The notes under the pieces are model-generated. The model did not search any database. It was not told the origin of the DNA and saw only the letters and a list, made by a program, of their open reading frames with translations. Made by a program: the position numbers and the translations under genes. A stretch of 64,000 bases of DNA. It comes from Squalus acanthias (lineage: Eukaryota). Location of the stretch: the NCBI GenBank assembly GCA_030390025.1, contig CM059425.1:178872001-178936000 (forward strand), given 5' to 3'. Positions within the stretch are counted from its first letter, which is position 1, and each line of letters opens with the position of its first letter. Below are positions 24,587 through 37,217 of the stretch, in pieces.

Positions 24587-26242
24587 TATTTCATATTTTT
24601 GTTTCATCCTGGCAGATAGGCTCTCATGCCCTCTTGCGTCAATTGTTTCATTTATTTAATTTTTTTCCCACAACACCATTACAGCTGGCCATGAAAGCAT
24701 GGGGGCATCACAGATTCTGTCCTCACCCATGACCATACATGCAGACTTTCCAGAAGGGCCAATGGATAACGATCAGGAGCAGAATTTGCCTGATTTCCCC
24801 CAATCCCACCAAGTTGAGGCCAACTGTAGTGCCCCTAATTCTTTCGCAGCTGAGGCCAGCTAACTGTGTATTAACTAGAGATCAAACCTGGGACCTTCTT
24901 GGTTGGTATAGTTCAGTATCCACACTGTGCAGTGCATTTGCCTTTTTTCCTGCAACCTCTCCCTCTGAAGGCACTTATTTTTGGTGGGGTACAGTTCCAC
25001 AGGCATAAGCAGCCCTCTGATACCTTTTTCAAGTGACCATTCTTTAAGTTTGGACTGAGGCAGTGAGGGTCCACGGACTATTCAACACAGAGAGCATCAC
25101 AGCCAAACCCAATCCTGTCCTCGCCTGACATCCACACACGTACACGTCCAGCAAAGATCATTGGATAGCAATCAGGGCCTCTGATGTTGAGGCCAGTTGT
25201 AATGCCTCGACTGTTGATCCAGCTGAGAATAGTTAACTCAACATAGACCAGGTTCTGGAACCTTACAGTCTGTACTGCTTAATTCAATGGAAATTTGTAA
25301 AGAAAAAATATAATTGTCGACAATCTCAATGTGAAGTAACTAGGGAATTGTGATGGTATCCCTGAACACTCTAACAGTACTGAAAGGCAATAATGCATGC
25401 TTGGCTGAATGCACTAAAACCCAGGTGTGATGTAGTTGTTATCAATACTGAAATACATCAGAAGAAACAATTTATCCAAATCAAGTTTGTGTACTTGAAA
25501 TCAAAATGTGATTTGGCTGATAAATTGTTAATTTAATCCTTTAAATATGGGCAGGGATGTAGTTAAGGGCATTGTTGCCTGACAAGCCAAAGATTTTGTG
25601 AATTTGCAGGTTATCAAAAATGTCCATCATGTAAGACTGCCGTAATGTCTGCAATAATCATATTTTTGAAAAGTTTCAATGATGTGAAGATTGAATTCCG
25701 GTTGAGTGCTGCATTGTAATGTGGGTTCTTAACTTCAATCAGTCCCAGAAAGCTGAATCAAGTATTAGACCCTTGACAGTCCACATCACATCAAATTGTT
25801 TCCTACACTTTGCTGGATCTTTATATCTTTAAGGACTTTGATGCAATGTAACCATGCCTTTTAATGCATACTACTTTAATCCAAACAGCCTTTAGTTCCA
25901 GAACTACAGGCCACTTTAAAAATCCAGAACTGAAAGGGAAAACTTTATTTGTACATTATGGTTCAGTCCATCTTGCTTCTCAAACTACATGATCCAGTAA
26001 TTTCTGTACCACTCACACTGAATGATGAAATGGTGGTGAAAGTAAACCATTTACAATGAAGAATTAGCATCATGATGTCAATATAAAACCATTGTTCCCT
26101 GTTTTTACAGAGATTTAACATTAACTTGTTATATTCCGTCACACTGTATAATTACACAGCAATATAAACAGCAAATGCTGAAAATACTCAGCAGGTCAGG
26201 CAGCATCTGTGGAGAGAGAAACAGGGTTAATGCATTTTGAAA

Positions 26243-28385
26243 GCAACACAAGAACAACTTGTATTTATATAGCGCCTTTAACGTAGTAAAATGTCCCAAG
26301 GCACTTCGCAGGAGTATTAAAAGACAAAAAGTTTGACACCGAGCCACATAAGGAGAAATTAGGGCAGATGACCAAAAGCTTCTCAAAGAGGCAGGTTTTA
26401 AGGAGGAAAGAGAGGTATAGAGGCGGAGAGGTTTAGGCAGGGAATTCCAGAGCTTAGAGCCGAGGCAACAGAAGGTATGGCCACCAATGGTTGAGCGATT
26501 ATAATCAGGGATGCTCAAGAGGGCAGAATTAGAGGAGCGCAGATATCTCGGGGGGTTGTGAGGCTGAAGGAGATTACAGAGATTGGAAGGGGCGAGGCCA
26601 TGGAGGGATTTAAAAACAAGGATGATAATTTTGAAATCGAGGCATTGCTTAACCGGGAGCCAATGTAGGTCAGCGAGCACAGGGGTGATGGGTAAACGGG
26701 ACTTGGTGCGAGTTAGGACACGGGCAGCCGAGTTTTGGATGAACTCAAGTTTATGTAAGGTAGAACATGGGGGGCCAGCCAGGAGTGCATTGGAATAGTC
26801 ACGTCTAGAGGTAACAAAGGCATGGATGCGGGTTTCAGCAGCAGATGAGCTGAGGCAAGGGCGGAGACGGGCGATGTTACGGAGGTGGAAATAGGCGGTC
26901 TTAGTTATGCCATGGAAATGTGGTTGGAAGCTCATTTCAGGGTCAAATATGACACTAAGGTTGCGAACAGTGTGGTTCAGCCTCAGACAGATGTTAGGGA
27001 GAGGGATGGAGTCGGTGGCTAGGGAACGGAGTTTGTGGCGGGGACCGAAGACATAGGGCTGGATTTTCCAAGCCCCGAGGAGGCGGGCATGGAGGCGGGA
27101 CCGCCCGTAAAATTGGAGAAAGTGGGGGCGGCTGGCAAACCCGCTCCCATCCCGCCTCCGTGCCTACTTGCCAGGAGGCGGGAAGATGTGCAGCTTCGGG
27201 TCCCGTCTCCTGGAGGCGGGAAAGGCATTTCATCCTTTTAACTGCCTGTTAACAGGTAGTTAACAGGCAGAAAAAAGGATTAGTGCCATTTTACCTTCAC
27301 AGGTGAAGGCTTCCCGACCTCGGAGAACCCCGCCGGGTTGGAGGAGATGTGGAGGAGGTCTGCGGTGGTCAGAGGCACCTGGAAGTAAGGTGTAGAGGTG
27401 AGTGATGGGTGCAAGTGTGGAGTGCTAAGTATGCAAGGTGAGTGATTATATTAAAAAGTGTTCACTTACCTTGTTTTCCTTCTATAGCCTTTAGCCGCGC
27501 TGGATTGGGACATCCACCTTGTCAATTTCAGGTAATGGTTGCTGGACCCTCCGATCAATCAGACATCTGAAATTTACTTATTTTCAATGTTTGTTGAGTC
27601 CTCACCACAAAGACTCATCAAACTAAAGAGAATGTCAGTGTTTGACAGCTTCACAGAGCTGTCATTTCTTCTTTCAACAAGTCTTGACAGATAACACGTC
27701 TGACGTTGATATGATCTGTCAGTGACTTCTTCCCTAATTGGCTAATTGACTTGCTGAGCCCACAGGGCGGGCTTAACAAGCACAATCAGGGGAAAATCCC
27801 TCTGAATGGTCAGGCGAGGATGGAGGCGGGACATAGACATGACAAGCAGCAGTCCCGCCTCCAACTCGCCTCCAATCACAAAATCCAACCCAATGGCTTT
27901 GGTCTTCCCAATATTTAATTGGAGAAAATTTCTGCTCATCCAGAACTGGATGTCGGACAAGCAGTCTGACAATTTAGAGACCGTGGAGGGGTCGAGAGAA
28001 GTGGTAGTGAGGTAGAGCTGGGTGTCATCAGCATATATGTGGAAACTGACACTGTGTTTTCAGATGATGTCGCCAAGGGGCAGCATGTAGATGAGAAATA
28101 GGAGAGGGCCAAGGATAGATCCTTGGGGGACACCAGAGGTAACGATGCAGGAGTGGGAAGAGAAGCCATTACAGGTGATTCTCTGGCTACGATTAGATAG
28201 ATAAGAATGGAACCAGGTGAGTGCAGTCCCACCCAGCTGGACGACGGTGGAGAGGCGTTGGAGAAGGCTGGAGTGGTCAACCATGTCAAAGGCTACAGAC
28301 ATGTCAAGAAGGACAAGGAGGGATAGTTTACCTTTGTCACAGTCACAAAGGATGTCATTTATGACTTTGATGAGAGCTGTTTTGG
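26243..28385 (-). mobile_element. L2 LINE, 5'-truncated, interrupted by a MITE
   Basis: AFDMVDH, GVPQGSILGPLLF, TAYFHLRNIARLRPCLS, LHWLPV; L2 tail AAGGCGCTATATAAATACAAG. Confidence 0.9.
27056..27891. mobile_element. Harbinger-type MITE inside L2
   Basis: TIRs GGGCTGGATTTT and reverse complement GGGTTGGATTTT. L2 resumes exactly (GAAGACA...ATGGCTT). The TSD is imperfect. Confidence 0.8.
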
Positions 28386-29375
28386 TTACACAACGTATAT
28401 TCTTAAAGATACCAGATATGAAAGGATTATAGGACCATTGAAGTCATCGACCTGAAACATTAACAGATGCTGCCTGGCCTACTGAATATTTCCAGCATTT
28501 TCTGTTTATATTTCAGAATTCCAGCATCTGCAGTACTTTTCCTTCTGATTACACAGCATCTGACTGCGTGACATTTTAATTACCAAAATGACTTTGCATT
28601 TTTTTAGATTAATTTTCCTTTTGGAAAGTTCAGTGTAAGTTTGTATCAATATCAACATTTTAAGAGAAAGAGCTATATATATATTAGCTTACTTAGCAAT
28701 AAACAATACCCATCAACTGATAAAATACCTCAGCTCTTTGTTTATTCCGGGTATGGGAGCTAATTAATGTATAACAAACCAAGGAATTCCAAAGTTTATC
28801 ACTTGCATAGTTTATTCATACAGTGTAGCCTAATTGGCTAATAAGCATTTTGAAATCAACACAACATATTTTCTTAAAGACACCAGGTATGAAAGTATTA
28901 TAGGACCACTGAAGTTAAAAATAAATCAAAACATTTATTAGAATATATAAGACAGCAACAGCTTGCATTTATCACAACAGCACAAGATAATTACAGATGA
29001 GAAAGGCTATTCAGCCCACCTCAATTCAGCCATCCAGAGAGATCATAAAGTTCTTACATTGCAGCATTCAATAGGTTCTTAAATGACTCTAGGATTTTTT
29101 CACTCCACTATTCTACCTACGGGAATGGTAACATAGTAGTAATGTCACTGGGCTAGTAATCCAGAGACGTGAGCTCAAAAATTCCACCACGGCAGCTGGG
29201 GAATTTAAATTCAATTAATTAAATAAATCTGGAATAAAAAGTTAGTATCAGTAATAGCGACCATGAAACTATTGGATTGTCGTAAAAACCCATCTGGTTC
29301 ACTAATGTCCTTTAGGGAAGGAAATCTGCCGTCCTTACCTGGTCTGGCCTATATGTGACTCCAGACCCACAGCAA

Positions 29376-30016
29376 AGCGGAACACCTCCGTTCAGTCTGT
29401 AAGGGGGACCCCGAGCTCCCGGTGGCCTGTCACTTTAATTCACCGCTCCATTCCCACTCAGACCTCACCGTCCTCGGCCTCTTGCATTGTTCCACGGAAG
29501 CTCAGCGTAAGCTCGAGGAACAGCACCTCATCTTTCGATTAGGCACTCTATAGCCCTCTGGACTCAACATAGAGTTCAACAATTTCAGATAATAACCTTG
29601 GCCCCTATCACATATATATATATATATTTTTTTTATCCACACTTTTGTTTGGCCTTTTTTTCTTCCCTCCCACATGGCAGCTGTCCTTCATTCTGCCAGC
29701 GCAATTCACACTTCATCTAGAGCCATCCTTTGATCCTTAACCTGTCCCATTACCACCTCCTCTTGCCTTGAATATCTCTTAATGTCTCTTAATGTCTCTT
29801 AATCTCTCCTGCTTTCTATCTTATCACTGACCTTCCCTTCTGTTCTTTCATCCCCTCCCCCTTTTCCCAGCCCCTAAACTTGCTTTAAAATCTATTCCAT
29901 TTCCTGCTTTTTTCCAGTTCTGACGAAAGGTCTTCGACCTGAAACATTAACTCTGTTTCTCTCTCCACGGATGCTGCCTGGCCTGCTGAGTTTTTCCAGC
30001 GTTTTCTGTTGTTATT
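29376..30016 (+). mobile_element. 5'-truncated Penelope-like element
   Basis: Encodes a GIY-YIG-type C-terminus (EHLRSV...PVACHFNS...RKLEEQHLIFRLGTL.PSGLN); 9-bp TSD CCACAGCAA at 29367-29375 and 30017-30025. Confidence 0.85.
29914..29955 (+). ncRNA. Minimal hammerhead ribozyme motif in the Penelope terminal repeat
   Basis: CAGTT-CTGACGA-A-AGGTC TTC GACCT-GAAAC-ATTA-ACT: core boxes plus stem II. A related copy at ~60323-60362 reads GAAACGTTAACT. Confidence 0.7.
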
Positions 30017-32640
30017 CCACAGCAATGTGGTTGACTCTTAACTGCCCTCTGAAATGGCCTAGCAAGCCACTCAGTTGTAACAAACCGCTACAAAAAACAA
30101 TAATAAGAATGAAACCAGACGGACGACCCGGCGTCAACCTCGGCACCAGCTACGGACACGGCAACGGCACACCCAGCCCAGTTGACCCTGCAAAGTCCTC
30201 CTCACCAACATCTGGGGACTTGTGCCAAAATTGGGAGAGTTGTCCCACAGACTAGTCAAGTAGCAGCCTGACATAGTCATACTCACAGAATCATACCTTT
30301 CAGCCAATGTCCCAAACTCCTCCATCACCATCCCTGGGTATGTCATGTCCCACCGGCAGGACAGACCCACCAGGGGTGGTGGCACAGTGGTATTCAGTCA
30401 GGAAGGAGTGGCCCTGGGAGTCCTCAACATTGACTCCGGACCCCATGAAGTATCATGGCTTCAGGTCAAGCATGGGCAAGGAAACCTCCTGCTGATTACC
30501 ACCTACCGCCCTCCCTCAGCTGATGAATCAGTACTCCTTCATGTTGAACACCACTTGGAAGAAGCACTGAGAGTAGCAAGGGCACAGAATATACTCTGGG
30601 TGGGGGATTTCAATGTCCATCACCAAGAGTGGCTCGGTAGCACCACTACTGACTGAGCTGGCTGAGTCCTGAAGGACATAGCTACCAGTCTGGGCCTGCG
30701 ACAGGTGGTGAGAGAACCAACAAGAGGGAAAAACCTACTTGACCTCGTCCTCACCAATCTACCTGTCGCAGATGCATCTGTCCATGACAGTATTGGTAGC
30801 AGTGACCACCGCACAGTCATTGTGGAGACAAAGTCCCACCTTCAACCTGAGGACACCCTCTATCGTGTTGTGTGGCACTACCACCGTGCTAAATGGGATA
30901 GATTCAGAACAGATCTAGCAGCTGAAAACTGGGCATCCATGAGGCGCTGTGGGCCATCAGCAGCAGCAGAATTATATTCCACCACAATCTGTAACCTCAA
31001 GGCCCGGCATATCCCTCATTCTACCATTGCGATCAAGCCAGGGGACCAACCCTGGTTCAATAAGGAGTGTAGAAGAGCATGCCAGCGCAGCACCAGGTGT
31101 ACCTCAAAATGAGGTGCCAACCTGGGGAAGCTGCAACACAGAACTACATGCATGCTAAAAAGTGGAAGCAGCACGATATAGACAGGGCTAAGTGATCCCA
31201 CAATCGACGGATCAGATCAAAGCTCTGCAGTCTTGCCACATCCAGTCGTGAATCGTGGTGGACCATTAAACAACTAACGGGAGGAGGAGGCTCCATGAAT
31301 ATCCCCATCCGCAATGATAGTGGAGCCCAGCACGTGAGTGCAAAAGACAAGGCTGAAGCGTTTGCAACCATCTTCAGCCAGAAGTGCCAAGTGGAGGATC
31401 CATATCAGCCTCCTCCTGAGGTCCCCACCATCACAGATGCCAGTCTTCAGCCAATTCAATTCACTCCACGTGAAATCAAGAAACGGCTGAGCACACTGGA
31501 TACAGCAAAGGCTATGGGCACCGACAACATTCCGGCTATTGTGCTGAAGACTTGTGCTCCAGTACTAGCCGTGCCTCTAGCCAAGCTGTTCCAGTACAGC
31601 TATAACATTGGCATCTATCCGACAATGTGGAAAACTGCCTAGGTATGTCCTGTCATACAATTACCGTCCTATCAGTCTACTCTCAATCATCAGCAAAGTG
31701 ATGGAAGGTGTCATCGACAGTGCTATCAAGCGGCACTTACTCACCAATAACCTGCTCACTGATGTCCTGTTTGGGTTCCGCCAAGACTACTCGGCTCCCA
31801 ACTCATTATAGCCTTGGTCCAAACATGGACAACGGAGCTGAATTCCAGAGGTGAGGTGAGAGTGACTGCCCTTGACAACAAGGCAGCATTTGACCGAGTG
31901 TGGCATGAAGGAGCCCTAGTAAAAGTGAAGTCAATGGGAATCAGGGGAAAAACTCTCCACTGGCTGGAGTCATACCTAGCACAAAGGAGGATGGTTGTGG
32001 TGGTTGAAGGTCAATCATCACAGCCCCAGGACATTGCTGCAGGAGTTCCTCAGGGCAGTGTCCTAGGCCCAACCATCTTCAGCTGCTTCATCTATGACCT
32101 TCCCTCCAACATAAGGTCAGAAATGGAGATGTTCGCTGATGACTGCACAGTGTTCAGTGCCATTCACAACTCCTCAGATAATGAAGCAGACCATGCCCGC
32201 ATGCAGCAAGACCTGGACGACATTCAGGCTTGAGCTGATAAGTGGCAGGTAACATTCGCGCCACAGAAGTGCCAGGCAATGACTATCTCCAACAAGCGAG
32301 AGTCTAACGACCGCCCCTTGATATTCAATGGCATTACCATCGCCAAATCCCCCACCATCAACATCTTGGGGGTCAGCAGTGACCAGAAACTTAACTGGAC
32401 TAGCCACATAAATACTGTGACAACAAGAACAGGTCAGACGCTAGTTATTCTGCAGCGAGTGTCTCACCTCCTGACTCCCCAAAGCCTTTCCACCATCTAC
32501 AAGGCACAAGTAAGGAGTGTGATGGAATACTCTCCACTTGCCTGGATGAGTGCAGCTCCAACAACACTCAAGAAGCTCGACACCATCCAGGACAAAGCAG
32601 CCCACTTGAATGGCACCCCATCCACCACCTTAAACATTAA

Positions 32641-33532
32641 GGGGGAAAAATTCAGTCGCGCCCCATTTGGGGCGCAATTATCGGCCGGGCGCAAAGATTA
32701 GCGCCTGGCGCTAATTATCGGCACCAACTGCAAACTTCACTTTTATCGCCCCTCAAGGTGATTGCAGCGCTAAATCAGGCACTTCAGACCTGTCTTAAGG
32801 CGCAAAGGCCGAGGAGCGAGGCGCTACCTCAGAGCGCTGGCGAAGCTCATGTAATGTCAGTCAGCAATGGAACACACACACAATGGCACGGGCCAGTTCT
32901 TAAAGGGGATGGTTAATCTTGCTTTCCATCCACATCCTGCTCATTGCAGCCTTGAATCTCGGCCTGGAGAGACCTGCACATCAAATCTGCTGGAAAGAAC
33001 AATGGAGAGTACCAGGCCAAGAGCTCAGAGTGCAGCCCCCACAGTCTCTGCTAAATCGATACAAGGAATGTTAATCAAAATGAACCTGCAAAGTGCTGCT
33101 CAGTACCCAAAACTCCTTCACACAACGTTGAATCTCTCCAGAAGTCTCTACCTCTCTCTCTCAGAATGCGTAGTTCAAAAATGGCACCAACAATAAAAGG
33201 CAGGAAGCGGTCACCTTTAAATAGCGCTCCCCCTTTCCCTTCATGACTGCAGAACGCTCCCCTCAACCTGTCATTGCTAGCATCAGGCGGTAAGGCAGGG
33301 GGCGCCACTCAATATCCGCTCCGGGGCGATACCGGGGCGTTGCGCACTCGAGTGACGTCATGATCTGCCGGCACAGGAGATCGTGGCGGTAGTGTTTAAC
33401 GCTGCCGCAAAATGTCTAGTTAATTTCGCGAGCGGCGCAAACTTCGCCGCGCCCGGGCGCTAGCTGCTTTGCGCCCCATTAGCGCCCTCTTAAGGCGCTA
33501 ACGGGAGGCGCAACCAACTGAATTTTTCCCCC
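32641..33532 (-). mobile_element. 892-bp MITE related to the Harbinger at 1154-5247 (inverted)
   Basis: Perfect 16-bp TIR GGGGGAAAAATTCAGT; TSD TAA at 32638-32640 and 33533-33535. Its terminal ~59 bp are identical to 1154-1212, and the other end is homologous to ~4880-5247. Confidence 0.95.
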
Positions 33533-34139
33533 TAACTCTCTCCACCACCGACATACTGTGGCTGCAGTGTGTACCATCTACAAGATGCACTGCAGCAACT
33601 CGCCAAGGCTTCTTCGGCAGCACCTCCCAAACCCTCGACCTCTTCCACCTAGAAGGACAAGGGCAGCAGGCGCTTGGCAACACCACCACCTCCAAGTTCC
33701 CCGCCAAGTCACACACCATCCTGACTTAGAAGTATATCGCCGATCCTTTATCGTCGCTGGGTGAAAATCCTGGAACTCCCCCCTAACAGCACTGTGGGAG
33801 TACCTTCACCACACGGACTGCAGCAGTTCAAGAAGGTGGCTCACCACCACCTTCTCAAGGGCAATTAGGGTTGGGCAATAAATGCTGGCCTTGCCAGCGA
33901 CGCCCACATCCCATAAACGAATAATAAAAAAAAAGTTGCATTATTTGTATTGATCACTCTTTGTGTTAAGAACTTCCTGATATCAGTCCTAAATTTGCCT
34001 TTCAATAGTTTGAATCTGTCTCTCCTTGCTGTACACTTGCAAATTTAAAGTGCTCCTTATATACAGGAAGCACTTTACAATAAGGAGGAAAGGAATATAG
34101 TGGACACCAAATAACAAGGAATGAGGAGGGGAATGGAGA

Positions 34140-35300
34140 TACTATGACAGGGAACCAAAAGTATGATTGAAGAGGAGGGTTTTGGAAAGCAGGAAGTGGA
34201 GATGGCAATGTGGAGGGAAGTGAGCTAAGATTGCCAGAGGTCAGGAGAATAGTAGCTGAACAGGTGGCTGCCAATGGTGGAATGGAGGGAGCAAGAGATG
34301 AGAGGGCTAGTGTCAGGGGAGCAGAAGGTGTGAGAGATGAGAAGCCCAGTGTAAGTGAAGCAGAGGGTGTGTGCAGGAGGAGATCACTAGGGTAGTGTAG
34401 GGCGAGTCCATGGAGGTATCTGAAAACAAGAATGAGGATTTTGAACTCAACACATTGAGGGGCAGAAACCAGTAGAGTTTGGAGAGGATGGGAGTGATAA
34501 GATTGTGGAATTTAGTGAAGGTGAGATTGCAGGCTGTGGTGTTCTGGATAAATTGAAGCTTGTGAATGGTTGATGGACGGAGGCCAAATAGCAGGCTGCT
34601 GGAGAAGTTGAGCCTCGAGGTGATGGCTTGACTCGAATTAGGGACTAGAATTTCAGCAGCAGAAAGGGAGAGGAGTAGAAAGGCAGACAATTTGACAGAA
34701 ATGGAAGAAGGTGGGTTTGGTAACAGAGTGGATGTCAGGCAGAAAACCAAGGTTAGTCACTTTCTGACTTGACTTGAGCTGGCAGCCAGGGATGTTGATA
34801 GAATTTAGGTCACAGGTATGGAGGCGCTGCCAGGAACCAAAGGAATGATTAAGAGCCATAGTCACAAGTGCATAGGGTATCACTTGTATTGTGGGTGGGG
34901 TGGCAGGCAGAATGAAGGGGCTTGAATAAAGAGTGGTGAGAGAGTTGGGAGTGTAGTTGTGAGGTAAGAATGCATTCCTGGACTTTGAAAAGGGAAGGTT
35001 TGAGATTTGGTGGCAGTTGGAGAAAGTGAAAGGAATTAGGGTGGGTTTCTTGAGGAGGGATGATAATGAGGTTGGCATGGTGCCAAACACAAGAGACGGA
35101 GAAATGATGTCAGCATGGGGGAAATGAGGTGACAGATAAATGATGTCAGCATGGGGGAAAGGAGGTGACGGATAAATGATGTCAGCATGGGGGAAAGGAG
35201 GTGACGGATAAATGATGTCAGCATGGGGGAAAGGAGGTGACGTTAGCTAGTCAGTAGCTGGGATGGAAGGGGATTAAGGGAACATGGGCTTCATGGATGA
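34140..35300 (-). mobile_element. Old degraded L2 LINE
   Basis: Remnant peptides SRLNFSSSLLFGL..KLQFIQNTTA and LLKKPTL...ISNLPF. Confidence 0.65.
35102..35243. repeat. 36-bp tandem repeat, ~3.9 copies
   Basis: Unit AAATGATGTCAGCATGGGGGAAAGGAGGTGACGGAT. Confidence 0.95.
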
Positions 35301-35777
35301 GATGAGTACTTTAGAAGCTGGACTTTCTGGTCTGTGTGGCTCAGTTACAAACTGGGTGGTGCATTTACCTATCAAGTCCTCTGTATTGCCTTATAGGTTC
35401 AATTTTGATTAGGAAACAAAGGGCTGCACAAAGCACAAGGGAATAGCACATGCATCATTGATCTGTTTGTGCCCTCTTCCAGAACTGTACACCTAGGTGT
35501 TCAGACACTACAGTCATAATTTTAGTCCATAACAACCAAGTTGTGCTGCTGCTCGCTCACAGGTTTGATCCAATAGCCCACTGGGTCCCATGAACAGAGA
35601 TTAGAAGCACAAAATACAAATAGATCCCTTTTCCCCTTCAAGAAGCCCATAATGACCAGCAGCGTGCTGATGTAAGTCTAAAGGGTTGGTAAATGCTAGG
35701 ATATCCTTGCTTTACCAAAGCCTGAACAAAAATGTAAAACTGTTTACTGTGGTCATATTGATGAGGTCTCCAGAGAG

Positions 35778-37217
35778 CATAGAAACATAGAAGATAGGAG
35801 CAGGAGTAGACCATTCGGCCCCTCGAGCCTGCTCCGCCATTCAATGCGATCATGGCTGATCATCCAAATTCAGTACCCTGTCCCTGCTTTCTCCCCATAT
35901 CCCTTGGTCCCTTTAGCCTTAAGAAATATATCTAACTCCTTCTTGAATATATTTAATGAGTTGGTCTCAACTGCCTTCTGTGGTAGAGAATTCCACAGGT
36001 TCACCACTCTCTGGGTGAAGAAATTCCTCCTCATCTCAGCCCTAAATGGCTTACCCCTTATCTTTAGACTGTGACCTCTGGTTCTGGACTTCCCCGCCAT
36101 CGGGAACATCCTTCCGGCATCTAGTCTGTCTAGTCCTGTTAGAATTTTATAAGTTTCAATGAGATCCCCTCTCATTCTTCTAAACTCTAGCGAATATAAG
36201 CCTAATCGACCCAATCTCTCTTCATACGTCATTCCTGCCATCCCAGGTATCAGTCTGGTGAATCTTCGCTGCACTCCCTCCATGGCAAGAACATCCTTTC
36301 TCAGATAAGGCGACCAAAACTGCACACAATACTCAAGGTGTTGTCTCACCAAGGCCCTGTACAACTGCAGCAAGACATCCTTGCTCCTGTACTCGAATCC
36401 TCTCGCTATGAAGGCCAACATACCATTTCCCTTCTTAACCACCTGCTGCACCTGCATGCTTACCTTCAGCGACTGGTGCACAAGGACACCCAGGTCTCGT
36501 TGCACTTCCCCTTTTCCCAATCTATTGCCGTTCAGATAATAATCTGTCTTCCTGTTTTTGCCACAAAGTGGATAACCTCGTATTTATCCACATTATACTG
36601 CATCTGCCATGCATCTGCCCAATCACCCAACCTGTCCAAATCATACTGGAGTTTCTCTGCATCCTCCTCACAGCACACATGCCCACCCAGTTTTGTGTCG
36701 TCTGCAAACTTGGAGATATTACATCTAGTTCCCTCGTCTCGATCATTAATATATATTGTGAATAGCTGGGGTCCGAGCACCGATCCCTGCGGTACCCCAC
36801 TAGTCATTGCCTGCCACTCGGAAAAAGACCCGTTTATTCCAACTCTTTGCTTCCTGTCTGCCAACCAGTTCTCTATCCAAGTCAGTACTTTACCCCCAAT
36901 CCCATGTGCTTTAACTTTGCATGCCAATCTCTTATGCGGGACCTTATCAAAAGCCTTCTGAAAGTCCAAGTACAGCACATCCACTGGTTCTCCCTTATCT
37001 ATTCTACCAGTTACATCCTCAAAAAATTCCAGTAGATTAGTCAAGCATGATTTACCTTTTGTAAATCCATGTTGACTTTGTCCGATCCTGTCATTGTTTT
37101 CCAAGTGCTCTGCTATTACATCTTTTATAATGGACTCTAGCATTTTCCCCACTATCGATGTCAGGCTTACCGGTCTATAATTCCCCGTTTTCTCTCTACC
37201 ACCTTTTTTAAATAGCG
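35778..37217 (-). mobile_element. CR1/HER1 LINE, 5'-truncated
   Basis: RT ORFs 36532-37152 and 35870-36520; CATAGAAA tail. Confidence 0.93.

Larger units (their letters stand above)
29121..33934 (+). mobile_element. Near full-length APE-RT LINE (CR1/Jockey group, clade undetermined) with a tRNA-like 5' head; hosts a Penelope fragment and a Harbinger MITE
   Basis: APE from 30192 (KVLLTNIWGL, PDIVILTESY, GDFNVHH, SDH); RT ([31 protein letters not shown]); AATAAA and A tail ending at 33934. Several stops and frameshifts. Confidence 0.9.

Noticed and set aside
29121..29190. Functional tRNA-Thr gene
   Set aside because: The acceptor stem and T arm are degenerate and it runs straight into a retroelement body. 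The same applies to the SINE heads at 6589, 48548 and 61947.
35102..35243. CRISPR array
   Set aside because: Head-to-tail 36-bp units with no spacers and no cas genes, in a eukaryotic context. The repeats at 42297-42515 are also irregular.
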